From: Podarcis vaucheri
Lineage: Eukaryota
NCBI GenBank assembly: GCA_965113315.1
Contig: OZ220375.1
DNA: 64,000 nucleotides
Reading direction: 5' to 3' (one strand)
Shown piece by piece: positions 51,062 to 60,900 of the stretch (position 1 is its first letter; each line of letters begins with the position of its first letter). Below the pieces are notes generated by a model. It saw only the letters and a list, made by a program, of their open reading frames with translations, was not told the origin of the DNA and did no database searches. A program made the translations under genes and the position numbers.

Positions 51062-52914
51062 TACTTCTCTCTCCCAAGATTCCAGAGATGCTCCGGGAAA
51101 GGCATCGATGATTGCTCCGCATCCGGCGCTAAAGAGCGAAAGCGCTCCATCTGAAAACGAGACAGAGCATCCGCGATGTCATTATTAACGCCAGGTACGA
51201 ATTTGGCCGAAAAGTATATGTTCCGTTCCAGACACAGAAGTACAAAGGATCGTAGGAGGTTTCCTACTCTGGAGGAGCGTGCGGATTGTCTAGCCAGGAC
51301 CGAAACCACTGCCTGATTGTCTGTATTGAAACAAACCCTATGATTGCTAAACTGCTCCGCCCAAAGATGTACCGCTACTACTATCGGGAAAAATTCCAAA
51401 AATGTAAGGTCGCGGGTAATGGGCTGACCCCGCCATTCCTGGGGCCACTCTCTGGCGCACCATTGGCCTTTAAAGTAGACCCCAAAACCCAGCGACCCTG
51501 CCGCATCTGACTGAACCTGGAAGTCCGCGCTCAGTGCCATGGAGTCCTGCCATAGAGATATACCGTTGTACCTTTCCAAAAATTGCAGCCAGACGCCCAG
51601 GTCAGCCTTGACTTCCTTGGATAGGCGTACCCTATGCTGTGGTGCCTTAAGGCCCGCCGATAATCTGGCCAAGCGGTTACAAAAGGGGCGCCCCGGCGCC
51701 ACCACCCTACAGGCGAAATTTAAATGACCCAGCAATGATTGAATCTGTTTCAGGGTGATTTTCTTTAGGGGCAACAGCTGTTGAATCAATGCCTTGAGTG
51801 CCAAGAGCTTATCTACTGGCAACCGTGAGGTCTGGGCCACAGTATCCAGCTCAATACCCAAATACACTAAACAGGTGGCCGGGCCCTCCGTTTTGTCAGC
51901 GGCTAGAGGTACCCCCAATTCCCTCGCCAAGGCTGTGAAGGCCTCGAGGAGGGCTGAACAACGGGCTTTACTGTCAGCAGCCAAAATAAAATCATCAAGA
52001 TAATGCGACACACCCAACGACCCAGTTTTGTGTTGTAAAGCCCAATCCAGAAATGTGCTAAAGGATTCAAAGGCCGCGCAAGCCACGGAGCAGCCCATGG
52101 GCATCGCCTTGTCGATAAAATAAGCCCCTTCAAATTTAAAGCCTAACCATCGGAAGTCCTCTGGACGCACTGGGAGAAGGCGGAAGGCCGACTCGATGTC
52201 ACACTTTGCTAAGAATGCCCCCTGCCCAAATCTCCGAATCATTTTTACTGCCTGATCGAAGGAGGCGTATTTGACTGAACAGAGCTCCTGGGGAATTGCA
52301 TCGTTGACTGAGCCCCCCCTAGGGTATGAGAGGTTATGAATCATCCGAAATTCCCCAGGGGCCTTTTTTGGAACGATGCCCAGGGGAGATAGATGAAGTC
52401 CTGCCAAGGGTGGCTCATCGAAGGGACCAGCCACTCTTCCTGCCCTGATTTCTTTCTCTATCTTTTTCCTAGCTATATCGGGCCTCTCCCTAACTGATTT
52501 TTGATTTTGGGGTACGCCGGAATTGGGGGGAACAGCGACCGGGATTCTGAAACCTTTGGAGAAACCTTCCCATAGATAGTGTGCGGCTTCACGATCAGGG
52601 TATATTTTTAGCAGGGTATTTAAAGGCTGTAAGCGGATAGGGGAAAAAGCCATGCCAAGATCGAAATTATTAACGGATACCTGAAACCTAGTGGAGGGAT
52701 CCGCTGATGCCTCTGGTAAAGCTGTGTTGATATTATTGGCGGTTACCTGCTCCCAGTTGTGCGGATCCGGGGGCGCCCCTGGCGTTGCTGTGGGAGTACC
52801 CCCTGCCACCCCGAAAGGGCTGTTGTTTACCCTTGAAGCAGGCAGAGGCGGGATGGTTACCCCAGCAGCGCTCACACTCGTGGAGGTACTTACAGAAGGG
52901 GCGTGTGCATGCAC
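51061..52914 (-). CDS. Ngaro reverse transcriptase / RNase H
   Basis: SPLGIVPKK, FRMIHNLS, KCDIESAFR, MPMG, YLDD, YLGI. RNase H motifs SDAAG, LEFFPI, TDN, NNDIADALSR. Overlaps the gag 3' end in another frame; the true start is uncertain. Confidence 0.93.
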   Translation of the reverse strand: MHAHAPSVSTSTSVSAAGVTIPPLPASRVNNSPFGVAGGTPTATPGAPPDPHNWEQVTANNINTALPEASADPSTRFQVSVNNFDLGMAFSPIRLQPLNTLLKIYPDREAAHYLWEGFSKGFRIPVAVPPNSGVPQNQKSVRERPDIARKKIEKEIRAGRVAGPFDEPPLAGLHLSPLGIVPKKAPGEFRMIHNLSYPRGGSVNDAIPQELCSVKYASFDQAVKMIRRFGQGAFLAKCDIESAFRLLPVRPEDFRWLGFKFEGAYFIDKAMPMGCSVACAAFESFSTFLDWALQHKTGSLGVSHYLDDFILAADSKARCSALLEAFTALARELGVPLAADKTEGPATCLVYLGIELDTVAQTSRLPVDKLLALKALIQQLLPLKKITLKQIQSLLGHLNFACRVVAPGRPFCNRLARLSAGLKAPQHRVRLSKEVKADLGVWLQFLERYNGISLWQDSMALSADFQVQSDAAGSLGFGVYFKGQWCAREWPQEWRGQPITRDLTFLEFFPIVVAVHLWAEQFSNHRVCFNTDNQAVVSVLARQSARSSRVGNLLRSFVLLCLERNIYFSAKFVPGVNNDIADALSRFQMERFRSLAPDAEQSSMPFPEHLWNLGREK

Positions 52915-54253
52915 CCCTGTTGAACTCCCAACACTGGCGCCGCCGTTTTACCTCGGTCTTGCCCACTTTAGCCGAATCCAGATTTTTCTTATCAATGTAT
53001 GGATTCACATCTTCTCCCCAGTAGTTTGGATCAGTAAGGTCCCATCGGGTGGTAGGGTGCAGAGACGCGTTTCTGCGGAAATTCTCATCATATATCAGTG
53101 CAGCATTTTCTCCCGCGAGTGCGCGGGCCCTCCTTACGTGAGCCATATAGGCCACGAGATCCATGGAGCGTCTGGGATAAGCAGCGCACACGACCCCCAT
53201 AAACACCTGATAGCCATCTAGCCAGTTCTCGAAAGTGCGCTCCGCTCTAGGCGTTCTATACCTTCTCTTACCGTAAGAGCGCCTCTTTTCACCTCTTCCC
53301 ACTAATTTGTTAGGAGGAAGGAGGGTAAATATATCCACGTACTCCCCATTAAGGATTTTATTCCTCTTTTTCTGTGATAGATGGTTCCCCAATATGAAAT
53401 CCGTGGGCTGGTTGGTGGCAACTTTTACCTCCTCTACTAGAGCCCCGTCCTTCCAATCAAGCACCCCATTAAAGGTCTTCCGATGGGAATTGGCCCTCCG
53501 TTGATGTGCCCACAAAGGAATCCCATGAATACTTTCACCTTGACCCCAGTAGCCATCCATGGGGCCCTCACTATCAGAATCTGAAGAGGACGTACCTGTA
53601 TCCTCATCCGAGTCCGATTTGCTGCTCCTCTTCTTTTTTGCGGAGGTGTGCTTCTTCTTTGACTTCCTCTTACCCCCTTGCGTGCCTGTGTCGGCTGAGT
53701 TGGTCTCCGCGGCCGACTGAGGTGGTTGAGGTTCCACTCGGTCCTCGTCGGACCCCGAACCTGCGCTGTCCTCGGTGGAGCTATGCTGAGGCTCTTCCTC
53801 CTGAAAAACACTCGGAATACCTGATGTTTGTGAGAGGGGTATGACATTGGCCCCCTTAGCCGGAGTCTTCCCTTTGTCCCCACGCTTCGCAGGTGCCTTG
53901 CCCTTGCTGCCACCTTGTGCCGCCTTCCTGGATAGCGCGGACTGGGCACGTGTATTGGGGCGGCTTGCGGTTGATGTCACAGGCAGGGCATTGGCTGCTG
54001 CCACGAGAGGTGCACCAACCTGACCTTGATTGGCTGGTGGCGTGTCAGGTATGATGTTCTGTGAGGGCTCTGGGGCCGGAAGAGCCCCGGGCACGGGTCT
54101 GCATTGTCTATAAAAAGATTCAAATGCCCTGAAAAGCTGGTCAAAAGTTTGAGGATTGCAAGATATTGACACCATGCGTGCGCCCTCACTACCTGCAGCA
54201 CCCGCTGACTGATTACCGGAGGTGGAGGGCTGTTGCTCGCCTCCGGAAGCCAT
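52733..54253 (-). CDS. Ngaro Gag-like ORF1 (506 aa)
   Basis: Low-complexity N-terminal half, basic/acidic linker, and C-terminal zinc fingers CWEFNRGACTRPFCKYLH (CCCH) followed by CERCWGNHPASAC, as expected for YR-retrotransposon ORF1. Confidence 0.85.
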   Translation of the reverse strand: MASGGEQQPSTSGNQSAGAAGSEGARMVSISCNPQTFDQLFRAFESFYRQCRPVPGALPAPEPSQNIIPDTPPANQGQVGAPLVAAANALPVTSTASRPNTRAQSALSRKAAQGGSKGKAPAKRGDKGKTPAKGANVIPLSQTSGIPSVFQEEEPQHSSTEDSAGSGSDEDRVEPQPPQSAAETNSADTGTQGGKRKSKKKHTSAKKKRSSKSDSDEDTGTSSSDSDSEGPMDGYWGQGESIHGIPLWAHQRRANSHRKTFNGVLDWKDGALVEEVKVATNQPTDFILGNHLSQKKRNKILNGEYVDIFTLLPPNKLVGRGEKRRSYGKRRYRTPRAERTFENWLDGYQVFMGVVCAAYPRRSMDLVAYMAHVRRARALAGENAALIYDENFRRNASLHPTTRWDLTDPNYWGEDVNPYIDKKNLDSAKVGKTEVKRRRQCWEFNRGACTRPFCKYLHECERCWGNHPASACFKGKQQPFRGGRGYSHSNARGAPGSAQLGAGNRQ

Positions 54254-54350
54254 TGCAATCGCAACTGTTTTTTAACAAACCTGCAAATCTAGCAAGGCGA
54301 ACAGACCCCCCCTTCCACCTCTACTTTTCTTTTATAAATAAACTTTATTT

Positions 54351-54528
54351 NNNNNNNNNNNNNNNNNNNNNNNNNNNNNNNNNNNNNNNNNNNNNNNNNN
54401 NNNNNNNNNNNNNNNNNNNNNNNNNNNNNNNNNNNNNNNNNNNNNNNNNNNNNNNNNNNNNNNNNNNNNNNNNNNNNNNNNNNNNNNNNNNNNNNNNNNN
54501 NNNNNNNNNNNNNNNNNNNNNNNNNNNN
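54351..54528. other. Assembly gap (178 N)
   Basis: Run of N in the 5' untranslated part of the Ngaro element. Confidence 0.99.
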
Positions 54529-56126
54529 TAGTTATATAACCACACCAGTAAGAATTATTATCAAGTGTATCTGTAAATTTTATTCAAAGGGATTAGAGGG
54601 AGGGGAATTAACCTAAAGAGGACGCCTGACCGGTAAGTATGTAAACAAATCCGATGCCAATTAAACGCTTACAAGCTAATCAGCGTATATCTAAACAGTC
54701 AGCTTCGCACCACTCGCCTCTTGCACCAGGTCCAATTGCTTATGCTTAATCTGAACTTGAGTGGAGCACCAAAGGGAGAACAGCGAGAGCTATGCCCCAA
54801 TGAATGACCTTAAGTCTGTTTCCAAATTTTATTGCCAGGAATTATAGTGGAGGCCGCCTATCCGGCCTTATGTAATTAATTCTGATGCCAATTAAATGCT
54901 TTACCACGCTAATCCAGCTTAAAAGCTCCTCAACTAGTACTAAAAAAGATTTGTAACAATAAAGGAAATTTTTAATTCTATTTTATTTATTCTATTTTTC
55001 AAAAAAAAAAAAAAACCAACTATTTAACTAATACTCTTCTTGTATTGCCAGAAATCTCTTACAATGCATAAACATGAACTGTTGTGTGACTAGCCTGGCT
55101 GCTAAAGGAGATATAACGCTGTAAAATAAGGTCTCCAAATCGCAGGCTGCAATAACAACTCCTGCCGCTAGGTGGCAGTGTTCCCTAGGAATTAGCAGAA
55201 AACAAACCCTCGGCTGCAGACAGAAAGGCAGTTCAATCACCAGAATATAAAGCAGCAAAAACTACTGAAAAACGGGCAATAACAGAAGGAAAAGCAACTA
55301 AATAATCTCTAAATAACAGAAGGAAAAGCGGAGATAAAAGTTAAATGGCCCTACTCAAAATGGCTGCCGGGACGCACCACGGCGACCTTACCAAGATGGC
55401 GGCCGGGAGGGAGATGCCCTCAGTCAAACTGGCGTCCCTCAACAATTATGGCCCTAAGTAACCAAACGTCCAGAAAGCGGTATTAAATGCAGGTACAACA
55501 ACAACCACTAAATATCAGAGGCAGAAACGGAGAAAACAATAAAATGTCACACTCAAAATGGCCGCCGCTGGAATGCCACGTGGACCTTCCCAAGATGGCG
55601 GCCGCTGTGACCTTCCTCCCTTACACAATTTCTGCTTCGTTTGCCCTTAAATATGGCGCCTGCCTCTCCTTAGCAGACTCCCTTGCCAAAGATGGCTGCC
55701 GCGACTTCAATCACCCCCCCCCCCACAAATACAGACAGCTGAAGAAACCACAGAAAAAACACAGCGATTTCGGCAAAATCAGCAGGTAAAATCGGAGGCA
55801 GCACGGGAGGGCTAGTGGCAAGGCACAGCGGCAGCGAAGTGAGAGGGGAGAGGAGAGGGGAGGGTTATGAGCAGAGGAAAGGCTACGGAGATGCAGCGCC
55901 ACGGGGATGGGACGGCAGCAGTACAGCAGAAATAGGCAGAATTAAAGCGACCAAGTTGTGGAACCAGCAGAATAAAGCAGGCAATCGCCGCGCAGGGGAA
56001 AATTCGGTCCTGTGGCCGCAGTGATACTATACCCGTCTTCTTTGCTGGTGTTCCGGTCTGAGCTGAAGGAAGCACCCTGCTCTGGACGGATTTTTGTGCA
56101 GGTAGAGTAGGAAGGTAAGGAAAAAG

Positions 56127-56350
56127 AAAGCTTCTCTGCTGCCGAGGGGAAAGAGGGGGATCCCGGGGCGTGCCTGGCCTTAAATAGCCCAGGCCACGCC
56201 TCCCCAGCCCGCCTATTGGCGGGCAGGGGGAAGGCGGAGAGGCACGCCCCCGGGGATTCCCTGGCTCTCGCGGGGCTAAACTCCAGCCCCGCGCTTGTGG
56301 GAGGGGCCAGCCCACAACACCCTCTCCTCCCGAGGCTCGGAAATGGCTTT
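56127..56350 (-). promoter_or_regulatory. Ngaro 5' repeat A1 with candidate Pol II promoter
   Basis: Identical to A2/A3. On the - strand: CCAAT (56219-56215), GC-box-like GGGGAGGCGTGGC, and TATTTAA (56186-56180), in canonical order facing gag. Confidence 0.65.
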
Positions 56351-56625
56351 ATCGTCTTGAGCATGATACTATGAGTGATGCTTGGCCTTGCCAACTCAGT
56401 TCTAAAACAGAGTTCTGTGAGCTGTTTCTGATAGTCAAAAGATTACAAATGAAACAGTAGATGAGATTGCCAACACTCTGATTTAGGTCTGGCAAAAAAG
56501 TCAGAAATTAAACTGATGAAGTATTGTTCATCTTTTGCCCCTATTCCCAGTTCTCCATGGCACCTGGTATTATTTATAATGGTTTCCAGGCTTGTATTTT
56601 TGACATCCATAGTGACAGTGCTTAA

Positions 56626-56889
56626 GTGTAGTGTTTAAGAGTGGTGGACTCGTAATTTGATGAACCGGGTTTGCTTCCCTGCACCTCCACATGCAGCTGC
56701 TGGGTGACCTTGGGCTAGACACACTTCTCTGAAGTCTCTCGGCCTCACTTACCTCACAGAGTGTTTGTTGTAGGGGAGGAAGGGAAAAGAGATTGTTAGC
56801 CGCTTTCAGACTCCTTAAGGGGAGTGAAAGGCAGGATATCAAGTCCAAACTCCTCCTCCTCCTCCTCTTCTTCCTCTTCCTCTTCCTTC
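56626..56889 (+). mobile_element. Squam3-like tRNA-derived SINE
   Basis: gtgtagtgtttaagagtggtggactc head, ctgctgggtgaccttgggctag body, (CTC/CTT)n tail. Confidence 0.78.
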
Positions 56890-56906
56890 TAAGAAACCTC
56901 TATGGC

Positions 56907-57441
56907 TGTCAGGCTTCAGGGAATTAGCTTCTTCCCACTGTGGTGGCAGTAGATAAGCAGAACAAAGGAAAGGAGTCTTCTTACCAGTTAGAAACTTTAA
57001 TAATCACAGCGAGAGAACAAAGAACAAACTTCCTAGAAATGGCGGTGCTCCCAATTAAGTTCACCAACTCTCCCATCCCTTATTAATCTACATCTTCTAA
57101 TCTGAGTTTGGAACTGCTGTGTTTTCTATTCTGCCACTTTCTGAGCTCTCTGGGACTTTGGGGAAGGGGAGGTAGATACTCTCCAGAAACTGTAAATCTG
57201 TTAACCCTCTCTCTTCCAGTGTTTCTTCTCGTAGTTGTTCCCCATCCAGTATTTCCCAGCTTCTGCCTTCTGAACTATATCCTTCTGCAAACCACTGTTC
57301 CAAATCTTTACTGTCCTCCTGCTCCTGTGAAGATTCAGGATTTGGATCAGGAGCTCCTGTGAAGATTCAGGATCCAGATCAGGAGGGGGAGGCTCCCACC
57401 ATTCCTCCTCAGTGCAGCCCTCCTCAGAACGGTCCCTGATA
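56907..57441 (-). mobile_element. Solo LTR, same family as 42562-43322
   Basis: Reverse-complement similarity along its length (gaggaatggtgggagcctcccc, cagaaggcagaagctgggaaatactggatggg, gattattaaagtttctaac, tgaagcctgaca). Confidence 0.78.
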
Positions 57442-57916
57442 CTGCATTTGATTATGGTGAACAAATCATGGTGATTTGGATGATTGCAGGGAGAGATAAT
57501 AACTTTCTCAGATGTTTAGCTCAGAGTGGCACTTTTGGCAACCAAGATGCTGGTGCTTGTGTGTTTACTCTAAATTGACTACGTTTCTGCTCCCTTATGG
57601 CACAAAAAATGGCAATTGGTTTTCTGTTTTCCCATGTGAGTCAATGCCAATCAAAGTGAAGCCATTTTCTTTGGAGTTGCAAAACGTAGCAAATTCAAAT
57701 ACAATGGAATCAGTTTAAGACAAAGGTATCACTCAGTTTTTCTCAATATTTGCTCCCTATTGTCCAGCTCAGGCCTCAGCACAATGGTGTAACACTTCAG
57801 GGCAAAGACAATCCCTCCCTCAAAAGACTGCCACTCTGGAGACATTCTTAGTCATGGGCTGTATACTAAAACCCTTAATATAGAAAAAATCAATAAGATA
57901 ATAACAAAAGTATTAC

Positions 57917-60900
57917 TCAGTTCTTTCTCATTATTTGCTCCCTATTGTTCAGCTCAGGCCTCAGCACAATGATGTAGCATTTACGGGCAAAAATGCAGCC
58001 CAATAATCCAGCGCTGGAGGACAAGATGGAGAAGATCTCCACCTCCACCATGGATTTCCCTTTGGTGTTTAGATATGTTGGGATAAAGGTCAGCCAAACA
58101 CTGCAAAACAACAACATGCTGAAGGTAATAAACTTGGCTTCATTAAAACTGTCTGGTAATTTGCGAGCTGCAAATGCCACAATGAAGCTGGCAAGAGCCA
58201 GGAGGCCCATGTAGCCCAGAACAAGATAAAACAGGGTCACAGACCCTTCATTACATTGCACAATGGTCTCTTCTGCTACAGAGTCCATGTCTAGATCGGG
58301 GAATGGGGGAGAAGTCATCAACCACACAGTACAAATACTTGCTTGAGTAAGAGAGCAGGAAAGGAAAATGGCATAAGCCAGACGTTTTCCTACCCACTTC
58401 CTTGTGCTAGATCCTGGGTTAGTGGCCATAAAAGCTACAACTACAGTGACAGTTTTCGCCAACACACATGAAACAGCCAGTGAGAAGACGATGCCAAATG
58501 TTGGTTGGCGAAGAATGCAGGTCACTTCCCCAGGTTTTCCAACGAATAGCAAAGATGAGAGGAAGCAGAACAGTAGCGAGATGAGGAGAATGTAAGTTAG
58601 ATCCCGGTTGTTGGCTTTGACAATGGGAGTATCTTTGTATTTAATAAAAGTTCCTATCACCAAACTTGTGAGCAGTGAAAAAGAAAGAGCAAGTGAGGCC
58701 AAGCTGATCCCAAATGATTCATTGTAAGAAAGAAAGCTTATTATTTTGGGGATGCATCCAGTTTTGTTCTTGTTTGGATACTGATCTCCTGGGCATATGA
58801 TACACTCATCCATATCTGAAAAGTAGAATAAGGTCAAATTCCAGTAGCAATTCATGTGTGCTCTTTACGTCTTTTTTTATCTTATCCTTCTGATTTTAAG
58901 GGATTTATAATTATATAACAGTATGTGAAATAATTTTTTTGAGTATTCTGCTGAATGTATGATGTTTGAATTTAAACAATATTAAGCTGCTGCTCCATGC
59001 ACCCTGCACATCAGGGCTTGTTACAACTACACGTAAATGGGGGGGCATCAGGCATCAGTGGGCTCTTGTGTTGCTTGGGAGGGCACAAGGGGCCTGGTAG
59101 AGCATAGAATGAAAGCATGCCCCCAGATCAAGTGAGACTGGCCTTACATAACTCATCCCATGGTTGCCTTCTGGGATCCAGGATACTTGTCTTATGACAC
59201 ACCAGTGCTGGTCAACTCCTAAGGGTATTGATTGGATGCATTTCAACCATCAAGTGGAATTTGAACTGCACGTGCTCATTGAAATGATAACCCTTATGCT
59301 TTTGCCAGCCCTGCTTGCCTGTGCAATAATGAATACAAATCTGGCCTCATTGCAACCTAATTGCAACTCCTAGGCAATTATAGCTCAAACATAACTTTGT
59401 TTATTTGGCGATCTGTACTATGAACGCGAGTGGCACTGTGGGGGACACGGGTGGCACTGTGGTCTAAACCACAGAGCCTAGGGCTTGCCGATCAGAAGGT
59501 TGGCAGTTTGAATCCCCACGATGGGGTGGGCTCCCATTGCTCAGTCCCTGCTCCTGCCAACCTAGCAGTTCCAAAGCACCTCAAAGTGCAAGTAGATATC
59601 TACCTTAAGGACTACTATAAACTCGCTGAATGTTAGAATGTCGAGGTTTGAGTAAGAAAGGGTTACAGCGAAATAAGATTAGATTGAAGAAAAGATTAAG
59701 AAGACAGAGGACTGACAGATGTACTTAGAGTTGCTAAAAACTTTTGGACAGTTGGATGCAGAAAGGGGAGGTATGGGGAAGTCGGAGAAACATGGTTTAT
59801 GAAAAAAGGTTATGAAACTATACGTGTTTGTATGTCTTTTTACATGTTTGTATTGTCCTAAAAAAAATGTAAAACCAATAAAAAATTTATAAAAAACAAA
59901 AAAACAAAGTGCAAGTAGATAAATAGGTACCGCTCCAGAGAAAAGGTAAATGGTATTTCCGTGCACTGCTCTGGTTCACCAGAAGCGGCTTAGTCATGGT
60001 GGCCACATGACCTGGAAGCTGTATGCTGGCTCCCATGGCCAGTAAAACGAGATGAGCGCCACAACCCCAGAGTCATCTGCAAGTGGACCTAATTGTCAGG
60101 GGTCCCTTTTCCTTCACCTTTAGGCAATTATAGTACTTGATATGTGTACAACAAAATACATTTGAGCGAAGTGGGGAGCACTTCCGTATCTAGGTTCATA
60201 GTATTGCAACAGGTTTATTTGTTTTTGAATATTTCCTTCACATGTTACTGAAAAAATGCAGAAAAACATTAGCACACAGCTCTAAGCAGGATAGTCTGGT
60301 TGCATGTAAAAATGTAGCATTTAAATCGATTTGACACAATAATCTTTACTAAAATTGAACAATGAAAAATGTTGTGTACCATTTTGGTTGGAAATCTTCC
60401 CTTCTGGACATGGAGTACAATCATAGCAGCAAAATTTCTGCCCTTCCTTCCTTTTCTTCTGACTACCAGGGCGGCAGTAGTCATTACACAGAGAAATGGG
60501 CATCACCTTTCCAGAAACAAGAAATAATTTCATAAGGGAGAAACTGAACGTCTTATCCAAAGTGCTTCATATGAAGTGCAGCAATTAGCCCATATTTTGT
60601 TAGGGGACCAGAAAAAGCAGCAAGACACAAGACCAGAAAAAATGCAAGATACATGAAATAAGCTAGGGCCATTTTATCAGCTGTAACTTTAGGAATTTAT
60701 AAATAGCAAAGGACATGTGTGGAAAATGCTTAAATCAATCAGGCTCCTAAACTGGCACTAATTGGGTGAGGTCTTCATGATTCATAACACCTTTAAAATC
60801 TTGCAGGTTCTTACACAGAGCACTGTGACAAGTCTCTAGAATTAGAATCCACAAGGGGCTCAATTTCTTTGCCAACCTCTTTCCTTTCCCACACCCACCT

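Larger units (their letters stand above)
47603..56350 (-). mobile_element. Full-length Ngaro-type tyrosine-recombinase retrotransposon (DIRS order) with split direct repeats
   Basis: ORF order gag - RT/RNase H (no methyltransferase seen) - YR - SGNH hydrolase. 5' repeat A1 (56127-56350) recurs in the 3' repeat block; no TSD. The flanks rejoin into a V2R 5' region. Contains an assembly gap at 54351-54528. Confidence 0.93.

Noticed and set aside
55487-56394. ORFs in the Ngaro 5' leader
   Set aside because: They overlap promoter and repeat sequence, lack motifs, and some run outside the element.
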